64,000 bases of DNA, taken from Candidatus Blackallbacteria bacterium (lineage in GTDB: Bacteria; Cyanobacteriota; Sericytochromatia; UBA7694). Positions 38,470 through 48,116 of the stretch are shown piece after piece. Position 1 is the first letter of the stretch. Every line of letters begins with the position of its first letter. The DNA is taken from contig JBPXJQ010000040.1 in assembly GCA_051715345.1 (NCBI GenBank), forward strand, positions 92 to 64,091, in the 5' to 3' direction. A program made the position numbers and the translations under genes. The notes under the pieces are model-generated. The model was not told the origin of the DNA and searched no databases. It saw only the letters and a program-made list of their open reading frames with translations.

Positions 38470-39423
38470 TTATTCCAGGTGATCCTGAATTTGATTGACC
38501 ACGGCAATCATATTGGCATAGGGGCCCGAGAGCGGGGAAATATCTATCTGTGCTAAATCCAAATCGTCGAGTTGATCGGCAATCAAATCACAGTGATCCA
38601 CCAAATGATCCCATTCTGTATCGAAGTCAAAATCGCTCAAAGCAGCCCTTACTTTCTGCAAAAGTCCGAAAGCCCGTTGATTGAGTTCATCGATACGCTG
38701 AAAGACCGTCTGAAGTTGTTCTGACTGTTGGCGGGCGCGGTTAAATCGCATCAAAAGTATTTCCAGGGGTCGGGCCTTCTTTTGCAATTCAGCTATATCC
38801 ATTTCCGTTTCAAGCAGTTTCAATTTGGTTTGCAATTGGGCATACTCGGTTTGTAATTGGCTGCATTCTTGGCACAGTTTTTTATAATCCTCAGCTGAAA
38901 GCGTTGGGCCCATCCCAGAGAGTCCGCTGTTCATCAGCCCTTGCACTTTTTGGTAGAGGTATTTTTCGATCTGGGCATAAAGCAGATCAAAATCTTGGGC
39001 GGCGTCAGGCCCGGCCTGAAATGGTTCTATCTTCGCAACAGGTCTGGGATCTGTGGCTGCGCTGGTATTCTCAGACAAAAAGGCGAGATAGAGCAAGACA
39101 TCGGGATTTTGGGCATCGATTTCTTGGGCCAGTTTGAGGTATTTCAGGGCCTGTCTGTCATCCTGAAAAACCAAAAAAATCCGGGCCAGATGCAGATAGG
39201 GATCGATTTGATGCCGGGTCGCTTGAATGGCGTCCATAAGCAGGTGACAGGCCTGAATCACCCTTTCACGGTTGTGGTAATTTTCTTTTTCGGCCAGGCC
39301 CAACAATGCCAGAGCCTGACCACAGGCCAAACTTGAGAAGTGTTCCCGCTCTTGGCGCTGCTGCTCCAATTCGCTGCTCTTTGCCAGGGTTTCCAAATTG
39401 AGGGGCATACTCAACGATCTCAC
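38470..39423 (-). CDS. TPR plus helical-bundle protein, paralog of 54394-55248
   Basis: DPYLHLARIFLVFQDDRQALKYLKLAQEIDAQN; C-terminal HCDLIADQL; start may be ATG 39408. Confidence 0.75.
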   Translation of the reverse strand: MRSLSMPLNLETLAKSSELEQQRQEREHFSSLACGQALALLGLAEKENYHNRERVIQACHLLMDAIQATRHQIDPYLHLARIFLVFQDDRQALKYLKLAQEIDAQNPDVLLYLAFLSENTSAATDPRPVAKIEPFQAGPDAAQDFDLLYAQIEKYLYQKVQGLMNSGLSGMGPTLSAEDYKKLCQECSQLQTEYAQLQTKLKLLETEMDIAELQKKARPLEILLMRFNRARQQSEQLQTVFQRIDELNQRAFGLLQKVRAALSDFDFDTEWDHLVDHCDLIADQLDDLDLAQIDISPLSGPYANMIAVVNQIQDHLE

Positions 39424-39447
39424 TTATTTTGTTTTTTTTCAGTCCTT

Positions 39448-40701
39448 TCAAGCGGAATAAGGCATATCTGCACCTTTGACACCAATATTGTAAAACATTT
39501 GCAAATAGTCGGTTTGACCCTCTTGGGCATCGAGTTGGGTGGCCAAAGAGCGCTGGAATTTTTTGTCGTCGGACACGCTATAGGTTTTGTTGTCGTCATT
39601 TGCCCCCAGCGAACGGCGCAGCATCATGCGTGGACTTGCCGGAGATTCAGCCATGCCTTGAGCCGGCCCCAAATAATTGACCAGGGCCCGTGCGGCTTGG
39701 TAACCCATTTCGGTCTCCATTTTGACCTGGCCATGGGCATCTTGACGGGTGGTGACTTTGAGCTTGCCATACCCGCTGCCGATTTTCTCTTTGCCGACAC
39801 TGGCACCTGAACGGTCAACCCCTGTGACGGCATAGTCTTGGGCCGTTGAAGAGGCGGTCGAGAACAAGCTGCTGCCTGCAGTTTTAATCCCTGAATCTAT
39901 CGCTGCCGCTGCTGTGTATCGCACACCCATGGCCCCAATTTGCGCTCCCACCCCACTGGCCAGTGAAGACGAGGCCCCAGTCAAAGCAGGGGCGATTTGG
40001 GTTCCGGGCACAAAAGCCACCGCCGTGGTAGCGACCGAAACCGCACCGCTGATAGCTTGGGTATTGCGTTTGCTCTTTTCATGGGCTCCCAGCGACTGCG
40101 CTATTTGCAAAGCCAAACTATTGCCCGTTCGCTCAGCATGGCGGGCAATGCCGTTGAGGGCCTCTTTGTTTTTGTGGGCCCGCACGGCATCTTTGCCATA
40201 GACACAAATATTGACCAAGGGCAACATTCTGGCGACATTTTTTTTAAAGCGGCCCCCATCGACAGAGCCTTCACTTTTGCCGCAGGCCTGCAAAAACCGC
40301 TGGCCCATCGAAGGACTAAATTTTTCCAGAATTTTGCCAAATTTGGGATCGTGCATGGCATCAACCAAATGCCCGGCATTTTTAACTTCTTGGCTGGGTT
40401 TGCTGGCCTGAATACGTGCCAATTGGGTGACTGAACGGGTGACCGCTTGGGGATTTTGAATGCTCGCCAGTTCAGCACTGCGGGCCTGGGGAGAGGAGAG
40501 ATCAGGCGCTTTGCTGGGGGGCTGGGGAGGGGCGTAGCTGGGGCGTGGGCCCAGGGTCTTTTCTGAAGCCGAAACAGGCGCACTGGGAGCGGTAGCTGGA
40601 GTCGCCGGGGTTGGCTGAACTGACTTGGAGGGTGATGCTGGCTGTGTTTTGGGGGTGGGTGGGGTATAGCTGCTGCCTCCACCGATTTTTAGATTTCCCA
40701 T
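39448..40701 (-). CDS. Effector-like hypothetical protein with Pro/Ser/Thr-rich N-terminus and Gly/Ala-rich hydrophobic region
   Basis: RBS GAGG; about 75 low-complexity residues; AISGAVSVATTAVAFVPG...GVGAQIGAMGV. Confidence 0.7.
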   Translation of the reverse strand: MGNLKIGGGSSYTPPTPKTQPASPSKSVQPTPATPATAPSAPVSASEKTLGPRPSYAPPQPPSKAPDLSSPQARSAELASIQNPQAVTRSVTQLARIQASKPSQEVKNAGHLVDAMHDPKFGKILEKFSPSMGQRFLQACGKSEGSVDGGRFKKNVARMLPLVNICVYGKDAVRAHKNKEALNGIARHAERTGNSLALQIAQSLGAHEKSKRNTQAISGAVSVATTAVAFVPGTQIAPALTGASSSLASGVGAQIGAMGVRYTAAAAIDSGIKTAGSSLFSTASSTAQDYAVTGVDRSGASVGKEKIGSGYGKLKVTTRQDAHGQVKMETEMGYQAARALVNYLGPAQGMAESPASPRMMLRRSLGANDDNKTYSVSDDKKFQRSLATQLDAQEGQTDYLQMFYNIGVKGADMPYSA

Positions 40702-40887
40702 GATTCAATTACCTCTTTTTCTCTGCTTTCAGCTTAAAAGCCGAAACTGAATCATGGCTGGTGGCCCTTTAAACAGGGCCTTTGGATTGACTTAAAGTTT
40801 GCTTAAAACCCCAATTATCCCAAAGGCCCTGTTCGCAAGACAAAAAAACAACGATTAGACTGAGGGGTTGAAGACCTTTGCAAAAAT

Positions 40888-41328
40888 TTAAACGGCAGCA
40901 GGTTCATTCCCCCCTGCGGCCCCCCGCAGCCGTGCCCGATTCAAAACCACGGCCTCACCACGCAAAGTGACTGTTCCACTGCTATCTTCAATCCAGGTTT
41001 CGATTGTGGCGCGGGATTTCTCGATGCTGCGAATCTGAAAATGGGCCCGATACACCGTGTCGACATACATGGGCGCTTTGAATTCCAGGTTTTGCGACAG
41101 ATAGACCGTGCCGGGCCCCGGAAAATCCATGCCCAACACCCGCGAAAAAACAGAGGCTGAAAGCATTCCGTGCATAATCGGCCGTTTAAACAGCGTTTGC
41201 GCAGCATAGTCAGGGTCCAAATGCAGGGGATTGGCATCCCCGCTGATACGCGCAAACGCGATCACGTCTTCTTGGCTAAAACACACTTCTGAGCTGAATT
41301 GAGCTCCCACAGTTAAAATTTCGGTCAT
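40888..41328 (-). CDS. MaoC-family dehydratase
   Basis: FARISGDANPLH, HGML, PGPGTVYLSQ. Confidence 0.92.
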   Translation of the reverse strand: MTEILTVGAQFSSEVCFSQEDVIAFARISGDANPLHLDPDYAAQTLFKRPIMHGMLSASVFSRVLGMDFPGPGTVYLSQNLEFKAPMYVDTVYRAHFQIRSIEKSRATIETWIEDSSGTVTLRGEAVVLNRARLRGAAGGNEPAAV

Positions 41329-41364
41329 AAGATCTCCTTAAATCTGGCTCCTTAATCGGGCCAC

Positions 41365-42567
41365 TTAATCGGGGTAAAGCAGGTATTTTTGGCGCAGGGT
41401 TTTGTATGCGTTCAAATCAGCCTGCCAGCTTTGGCGAATTTGCGCTTCAGACTGACCGGCCTGTATGGCCGTGCGCAATTGGGCTGTGCCTGCAAGTTTG
41501 TCAAAGAAGGGATTAAAAAATGTGGCGGGCTGCGAACCCTGATGGTATAACCCGATCAAAAAGTCCAAATTTAAGCCACCTGCGGGTACAGTGCGCAAAT
41601 CCCAGCCATAACAGAGCTGGTTTTCGTACATCGGGTGCAGGGCTTTGCCGGGCAGGCTGACAGGCGTGAATTGAAAGGGGCCCGTCGCGGGATCGGGTTG
41701 GCCGATGACCTGAAAGGGAAAAGGCGTGCCCCGTCCCACGCTGATACCTGTGCCTTCAAAGAGCCCCAACGAGGGATAGAGTCTGACGGCCTGGGCATTG
41801 GGCAAATTGGGAGAAGGGGGCACCGGCAAAGAATAGGGAGTGCTGTGAGAATAGGAAGCCACAGGCACCACCGTCAGCGCACAAACACCGTTTTTGAGCC
41901 ATTTTTCGCCATTGATCATCTGGGCCAATTCGCCCACAGTCAGGCCATGTAAAAGCGGAATCGGGTGCAAGCCCACAAAAGATTTCAGTGAGGGCTCTAA
42001 AAGGGGCCCATCGACAAAGGCCCCATTGGGATTGGGCCGGTCGAAGACGACCAGGGGTTTGCGATTTTGGGCACAGGCTTCCATGACATAGTGCAGGGTG
42101 GAGATATAGGTGTAATAGCGCACCCCCACATCTTGGAGATCAAAGACGAGCAGGTCAATCTCTTTCAGGGCCTCAGGTGAGGGCTGCTTCTGCTCGCCAT
42201 AGAGTGAGACCACCGGCAATTGGGTAATTGGGTCTTTGCCATCGACTATCTGGGCTCCGGCTTCGGCTTCGCCGCGAAAGCCGTGTTCGGGGGCAAAGAC
42301 CTTTCTGACCGGCACCTTGTTTTGCAATAGATAATCAAGCAGATGTTGTTTTCCGACGCGACTGCTGGGATTGGCCACCAGTCCCACTTTGCGGTTTTTG
42401 AGCAGGGGCAGGTAGCGCGAAGGCTGTTCGGCGCCTGGGCGAATGGAAACATTGGGCAAGCGCTCAACAGATGTGGCCCAGGCCTGAGAGGCAGGCACAA
42501 ACAGCCCCACACAGAGCGAGAAAAACAGGCAGGCCCCACTGCTTACATGGCTGAAAATCCGCTTCAT
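41365..42567 (-). CDS. namZ: Exo-beta-N-acetylmuramidase NamZ (DUF1343)
   Basis: FAPEHGFRG, FDLQDVGVRYYTY, DRPNPNG, HGLTVGELA, PSPNLP, SVGRGT. Confidence 0.9.
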   Translation of the reverse strand: MKRIFSHVSSGACLFFSLCVGLFVPASQAWATSVERLPNVSIRPGAEQPSRYLPLLKNRKVGLVANPSSRVGKQHLLDYLLQNKVPVRKVFAPEHGFRGEAEAGAQIVDGKDPITQLPVVSLYGEQKQPSPEALKEIDLLVFDLQDVGVRYYTYISTLHYVMEACAQNRKPLVVFDRPNPNGAFVDGPLLEPSLKSFVGLHPIPLLHGLTVGELAQMINGEKWLKNGVCALTVVPVASYSHSTPYSLPVPPSPNLPNAQAVRLYPSLGLFEGTGISVGRGTPFPFQVIGQPDPATGPFQFTPVSLPGKALHPMYENQLCYGWDLRTVPAGGLNLDFLIGLYHQGSQPATFFNPFFDKLAGTAQLRTAIQAGQSEAQIRQSWQADLNAYKTLRQKYLLYPD

Positions 42568-42702
42568 GGCAACGTCCCCCGCAAAAAGAGTTTGATCATC
42601 TTTGTTCGTTTGCTCTTTCAAGTGTAATGCTATTTGAGAGCAGCCACCAGAATGTTATGCTGAACGGCATTCAGATTCTGCAAGTGAGATTTAGGAGAAT
42701 TT

Positions 42703-44043
42703 ATGGCTGACGGCAGAAAACGCAGTGACTTACGTCCCGGCCTCAAGGTGCAAATTGTCCTCAAACAGGATCAACGCAGTGGCAAGCTGACCTCGGGTGT
42801 GGTGCAAGAGATTCTCACCCCATCAGCCAATCACCCCCACGGAATCAAAGTTCGGCTCAGCGATGGCCAAGTTGGGCGGGTCAAGCAGATCCTTTTGGGG
42901 CTCTTGCTTCCGGGTCTATTGCTGTTGGGGCTGGCGGGACTCACAGCCACTTCAGCGACGTCTGCGCCTCGCCAATACACAGATCTGCGCCAAGTGACCT
43001 TTGCGCAGCTCAAAGCCAATCAAACGATCACACTGGACTTAAAACCCGGCGAACAGTCATTGCTCTTTTATGCCCATGCCCAGAGCAAAACAGAAAAATT
43101 GACACTCTTAGAGATCACAGGCCCCGATGACGAATTGCTTCATAGCTACGATCCGGAAGAAGACACGCTCGAAGGGGAGCATTTACAAGAAAGCATTGAC
43201 AATACTGGGGAATTGAGTGTGTATTTACCAATCTCCCCCCAACATGCCTTACAACCAGGCAAATACACTTTCAAAGTCAAGTCTGATTCAGGCCAGCCAC
43301 TCAAAGACGCTGGGGCTATTTTACGTACAGGCTCCCTCAAAGGCAAGCAGGCAATTGACATGACGTTTTGGATATTGAGCCAAAACAAAGCCCTGCAAAC
43401 GCCCCTCACTTACCAAAAATATGTCAGCGATGTGCGCAAACAGATCAACCAGATCATTCAGCCCCATGGCCTACACATGGGCAAGATCAATGTCAAAGTG
43501 GGTACCTCGGCCATGATTCAGGCCTATTCAAAGTTGCAACCCAGCGACGAAGATAAATTTGATTCAGACATTTGCCAAGACCTGGCCAAACGCACCGACG
43601 GTTATCGCCAGCTCAATGTCGCTATTTTGGACCAAATTATGCGCACCCCCAAGGAAATTGAAGACGACGCTGCTGAAAGTGTCGGCTATGCGCTGGGTAT
43701 GCCCGGCCTCTTGCCGCTGCCAAACTCACGCTGGTCCTGTGTGGTCATCGCCTACGATGCAAAAGATCCCCATCAGGGGGGTACCCTTTGGCACGAAAGT
43801 TCACATATGATGGGGGTCGTACACACCACCGAAAGTGACGGTGAGGGCTTTGATCCACTTTCAGACACCCCTGAATGCCCCGCCGCAAAATTCGACAAAG
43901 ACAAAGACGGCTTGGTCGATAGCGAAGAATGTGCCCAAATCGATGCCTCCAATTATATGTTTTGGGAAGGCGATGGCAAAGGCATGACCGCCCAACAGGC
44001 CTGGGTCTTAAAGCGGCACCCCCTCTTTTATCCTGTACCTTAA
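42703..44043 (+). CDS. YwbE (DUF2196) domain fused to a hydrophobic segment and a zincin-like extracellular domain
   Basis: IVLKQDQRSGKLTSGVV...HPHGIKVRL.DGQVGRV; WHESSHMMGVVHT; DKDKDGLVDSEE; NYMF. Confidence 0.75.
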   Translation: MADGRKRSDLRPGLKVQIVLKQDQRSGKLTSGVVQEILTPSANHPHGIKVRLSDGQVGRVKQILLGLLLPGLLLLGLAGLTATSATSAPRQYTDLRQVTFAQLKANQTITLDLKPGEQSLLFYAHAQSKTEKLTLLEITGPDDELLHSYDPEEDTLEGEHLQESIDNTGELSVYLPISPQHALQPGKYTFKVKSDSGQPLKDAGAILRTGSLKGKQAIDMTFWILSQNKALQTPLTYQKYVSDVRKQINQIIQPHGLHMGKINVKVGTSAMIQAYSKLQPSDEDKFDSDICQDLAKRTDGYRQLNVAILDQIMRTPKEIEDDAAESVGYALGMPGLLPLPNSRWSCVVIAYDAKDPHQGGTLWHESSHMMGVVHTTESDGEGFDPLSDTPECPAAKFDKDKDGLVDSEECAQIDASNYMFWEGDGKGMTAQQAWVLKRHPLFYPVP

Positions 44044-44058
44044 AGTGCTTAACGCGTC

Positions 44059-45003
44059 TTATTCTGGCCCCAACGAGGCCTGTAATTTGCGCATACGCCC
44101 ATAAAATTCAAGCGCCTTTTGCCACTTTCTCAGGCCCCAAAAAGGACGGGCCAAAACCGTCTCCACCCGTTTTTGGGCCTCAGGGGTGGGCATGCGAAAG
44201 ATAAAGAAACTGCGCAAAGAAGCCTGAAAAATAAAGTCAAAATGGGCATGCACCTGTTTTTCTAATTCCACCTCACGCAAGAGTCCGGCTTGGGCAAAGA
44301 AATCCTCCCACCAGCGGGAACTGCTCCAGGTCAAATGCCCCATGGCCGGGATCGGCGGTTCGAGCTGGTCGGCCAGCAAATAGGCAAAAGGCTGATGCTG
44401 TTCCAGGGCTTCGCGGTTCTCAGCCAATTCCAGTGGAAAGGTCTCGCCAAAGACGCGATCTCTGCCATAAGCGGGAATGACAAAATAAAACAGGGAATTG
44501 GGCGCGCAGCAGGTGAGCAATTGTGCCAGGGTGGACGCCAGTTGTTGGGGCAAAAGATGTTCCCAGATATCAAAGCCGAGCAGGGTATCAAAGTGCAGGC
44601 CTTGGGTCTGGTAATTTCCAAGCAAAGTATCAATCGGACCCAAATCAATCCGTGCTTTGACAAGCGCTGGCGCAAAGGCCAAAGCCCCTTCGGAAAACTC
44701 AATCCCTTTGACCGTCAAATGGGGGTTCTGACAAAAAGGGGCCAAAATATCCCCGCGTCCACAGCCCAACTCCAAGATCGACCTGGGCCTTAAAAAATCC
44801 ACAACCGTGGAAATAAACAGATTGCGGATTTTGACCTTGCCCCGGCGGTAGCCCGAATGGCGCTGAAAATAGTCAGAGCCATAATAATCTGTCTCCAAAA
44901 TCGACTGCAGCAGGTCCAGATAATCCTGCTCCGACTCAATTTGAATCACAGGCATCTCGGCCGCATCAGGGGTGTGCAGGGTTTTGAGCTTATGTATTTT
45001 CAC
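44059..45003 (-). CDS. Class I SAM-dependent methyltransferase
   Basis: ILELGCGRG, GIEFS, FDIWEHL. Confidence 0.8.
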   Translation of the reverse strand: MKIHKLKTLHTPDAAEMPVIQIESEQDYLDLLQSILETDYYGSDYFQRHSGYRRGKVKIRNLFISTVVDFLRPRSILELGCGRGDILAPFCQNPHLTVKGIEFSEGALAFAPALVKARIDLGPIDTLLGNYQTQGLHFDTLLGFDIWEHLLPQQLASTLAQLLTCCAPNSLFYFVIPAYGRDRVFGETFPLELAENREALEQHQPFAYLLADQLEPPIPAMGHLTWSSSRWWEDFFAQAGLLREVELEKQVHAHFDFIFQASLRSFFIFRMPTPEAQKRVETVLARPFWGLRKWQKALEFYGRMRKLQASLGPE

Positions 45004-46009
45004 GTTTTAAATCCTTCACCGCAGGTCCGATTATTTCAATTTTATTGGTCCAGAGATAGCCCGAAAAATCGGTGGGCACCTGTTTGAGCTGTTCCAGGGT
45101 GTCAATGCCTGCCGTGCCCGGATCACCCTGGGCATAAGGCCCCAAGAGAATCACTTCGCTGCCCACGGCTTGCAGACGCATCAAGAAAAGATTTGGCCAG
45201 CCCCAAAGCCAAGGCGCCACGTTGAGGGGCACCATGACCGGGGTTTTGCGGCAAGCTTGAGGTACCCAACCGCTCCAGCCCAGGGCCAGGTATTGGCCCA
45301 GACACTGCATCAGCCCCTTGCGCGACCAGACCTTGAGAGCTGCCTGTGGGGGGTGTTTTTGCTCGGGCGCATTGAGCAAATGTGCGGCACGAAAGCTTGG
45401 GACATCGCCGCCATAGGCCCCCCAAACCAATTTGCGCCAAGCAGGGTTTTTGCGCAGGCGTTCGGCCAGCATATCTGCCTCGCGGGCCTCGTTGCTTTTA
45501 AAATTGATCAAAAACCGTCCCTGCGGAAACGCGGAAAAGACCATTTCCAAAGTGGGCATCAGGCCTTTGCCGCGCCCACGCAGGGGAAAACTGCGTCCCC
45601 CATCAGCGGTATAGCCGTACCCCAGATCGCGGCTTTTGAGATAGGCCCAATTCTGCTCACGGGTCACGCCTGTGCCATCAGTGCGACAATCGAGGGTCCA
45701 ATCGTGTAGCACGGCCAAATGCCCATCGCGGGTGGGGTGTATATCCAGTTCAACCACCGAAGCCCCTGCAGCAAAAGCAGCGGCCATAGAGGGCAAGGTG
45801 TTTTCAAGATAGGTGTGAGTGGGCGGTTCTATGCGCTGGGCAGTGCAGGTGTCGGATTTCAGCCCCTGGCGGTGAAAAGTCTGATGCACCCCCCGGTGAG
45901 AGAGCAATTTCAATCCCCCCGGCACAGAACCGACCCGCCAAGCGGCATTCCAAAGATAGACCGCCAGCAGCACAAACAATCCACCCAGAAATAGCTTCAG
46001 TTTTGGCAT
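44990..46009 (-). CDS. Glycerophosphodiester phosphodiesterase family protein
   Basis: SHRG, ENTL, VELDIH, HDWTLDCRT, WTNKIE. Confidence 0.9.
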   Translation of the reverse strand: MPKLKLFLGGLFVLLAVYLWNAAWRVGSVPGGLKLLSHRGVHQTFHRQGLKSDTCTAQRIEPPTHTYLENTLPSMAAAFAAGASVVELDIHPTRDGHLAVLHDWTLDCRTDGTGVTREQNWAYLKSRDLGYGYTADGGRSFPLRGRGKGLMPTLEMVFSAFPQGRFLINFKSNEAREADMLAERLRKNPAWRKLVWGAYGGDVPSFRAAHLLNAPEQKHPPQAALKVWSRKGLMQCLGQYLALGWSGWVPQACRKTPVMVPLNVAPWLWGWPNLFLMRLQAVGSEVILLGPYAQGDPGTAGIDTLEQLKQVPTDFSGYLWTNKIEIIGPAVKDLKRENT

Positions 46010-46091
46010 GGCTTTTTGTCTATACAGATTTTGAGCTGAATTATACCATTCTCAAAATTCAAAGCTTGTATTGAGAAAACCCAGTGGCGCG

Positions 46092-47249
46092 TTAGTCTAT
46101 TTTGCGAACCCTGTGATTGTCGCGGTCGGCCACGTAGAGGGCATTTTCGCTACAAAAGATCCCGGTCGGGCCATTGACCTTGCCCTCCGACAGCGGGCCA
46201 TCGACAAAACCCGGTGGAATACCGCGAATCAGGCTGGTGATTGTGCCATCGTTTGCCATTTTGCGCACGGCATTGCCGTTAAATTCGACAAAATAGAGAT
46301 TGCCCGCTTTGTCACTGCAGAGCGAAACAGGGCTGTTTAAAAGGGCCTCTGCAGGTGGGCCGTCTGTGGCTCCCTGGCTGCGGGCCCCAGCGCCGACCAC
46401 CGTGCTAACTGTGCCATCAGCCGCAATCAGACGAATGGCATGATTGCCGTCATCGGCCACATACAGCCCCTTGGCAGTCATATGCACATCGGTCGGGCGG
46501 CGAAACAGCGCCGCTGCGCCTGGGCCGTCTTTGAGGCCATTGCTGTTATCTGCTGCCCCCGCCAAGGTGGAGACCTCTCCACTGGGAGAGATTTTGCGAA
46601 TTAAGTTATTGGTCTGGTCGGCCACATAGAGATTGCCTTCGGCATCGCGATCCAGGCCTGTGGGGCTAAAAAAGCTGGCCTCCAGCGCAGGCCCATTGGC
46701 AAAGGCATTTTTGCCATTGCCTGCGATGGTCGAAACAGTGCCGTCAGGGGCAATTTTGCGAATGCGGTGATTGCCCGAATCCGCCACATAGAGGTTGCCC
46801 TGGAGATCCAAAACCAGATCCCAGGGATTGCGAAATTGGGCCTGATCGCCCGCCCCGTCTTTGTAACCCGCCACACCCGTTCCAGCGAAGGTGGTCACGC
46901 CACTGGCTGTAATTTTGCGAATCGTGTGGGCGCCTTCATCGGCAATATACAGCGTGCCTTTGCCATCGCTGACCACCCCTGTGGGTGCATAAAAGCGCGC
47001 TTCTTCAAGCGTTCCATCTTTGCTCACTTGCTCGCGGGTGCCCGCCACGGTGGAAATTTTACTCAACACGGGCAGCATCAAACCCGGCTCAGCCGTGGGC
47101 GAGGGTGCAGCAAATGCGGGGCTGCTTGCAGGATTTGCGGTGGTCCCTGTACTGGGGGAGGAGCTGGCGGGATTGGAATTGCTGGCCGGTGTAGCGGCGC
47201 TGCAAGCGGTCAGACAAAGAACGAGCAAGAGGGGGGATAGCTGGCGCAT
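46092..47249 (-). CDS. NHL-repeat lipoprotein
   Basis: Lipobox LTAC; repeated F..P.G...D..GNLYVAD..NH.IRKI. Confidence 0.92.
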   Translation of the reverse strand: MRQLSPLLLVLCLTACSAATPASNSNPASSSPSTGTTANPASSPAFAAPSPTAEPGLMLPVLSKISTVAGTREQVSKDGTLEEARFYAPTGVVSDGKGTLYIADEGAHTIRKITASGVTTFAGTGVAGYKDGAGDQAQFRNPWDLVLDLQGNLYVADSGNHRIRKIAPDGTVSTIAGNGKNAFANGPALEASFFSPTGLDRDAEGNLYVADQTNNLIRKISPSGEVSTLAGAADNSNGLKDGPGAAALFRRPTDVHMTAKGLYVADDGNHAIRLIAADGTVSTVVGAGARSQGATDGPPAEALLNSPVSLCSDKAGNLYFVEFNGNAVRKMANDGTITSLIRGIPPGFVDGPLSEGKVNGPTGIFCSENALYVADRDNHRVRKID

Positions 47250-47332
47250 CTGAGAAAAACTCCTTTAGCTGTGCGGAATGAATCCATTGTACAGGAGCAC
47301 ACTGAAAAAACCAGGGAGGTTTTTTGCTTGTT

Positions 47333-47911
47333 TCAACGAAAAAGCCAGCGGTGAACCAGTTTGGTATAGCGCGGCATAACCACATAAACCATATTAAACA
47401 CCACCAGCCCCGTCACACAGAGTGTTGCCAGATAGTGATTCTGGGGCAGCCCCACCCCTTGCAAAAGCGGCAAAACAATCAGGGGCATGAGCAAGACCAA
47501 GGGGTAAATCGCCGACCAGGTAATCAAAAATTGTTTCCAGCGCACAGGCAATTTGGCCTTGGCGCCTTCGGGGGCAAACCAAAAATCCAATCCGCTGCGC
47601 ACAAAGAAATCATCGTCGCCCGAGAGCAAAGGCAAGACTTCTGCGATCAGGCGTTTGCGGTCCTCTGAGAACAACCAGTTCTGCAACTGGTCGTGGGTAT
47701 CAAAGCGGATAATCACCGTATAGGTCAGGGTCAGATCGGGAATCGGGCGAATCACCTGCCAATCCAAAATACCTGGATAACTGCGGCAAATCGGCCCAAT
47801 TTCATGCAACCAGGCATCGTATTGGCTGTGCATACCATCGCGGACGCGGTGGGTGATGACCGCGGTGGCCCCCGCATCGGCTGTGCCGGTCACGTGAATT
47901 TCGTTTGTCAA
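47333..47911 (-). CDS. Antibiotic biosynthesis monooxygenase-like membrane protein
   Basis: VITHRV, IIRFD...LQNW, SGLDFWF, RWKQFL.TW..IYP, VVMP; TTG start. Confidence 0.8.
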   Translation of the reverse strand: MTNEIHVTGTADAGATAVITHRVRDGMHSQYDAWLHEIGPICRSYPGILDWQVIRPIPDLTLTYTVIIRFDTHDQLQNWLFSEDRKRLIAEVLPLLSGDDDFFVRSGLDFWFAPEGAKAKLPVRWKQFLITWSAIYPLVLLMPLIVLPLLQGVGLPQNHYLATLCVTGLVVFNMVYVVMPRYTKLVHRWLFR

Positions 47912-48116
47912 AACCGTCTCTCCTCTGGGGTTCGGCGCAGATTTTAGGGCAACTTTCCGCCTTCATTATATCGGTTTGGATGTTAAGCTTGTGAATCTCC
48001 CCGCTCTTAGAAAGGCGCCAGATGACCCACAAATGGCCTGTGTACTGTTGTTTTTTGCCGTGCGCGGCGAAACAGATCTCCGCAAGTTTTTCCCCACAAT
48101 TGGTAAAATACCCCCC

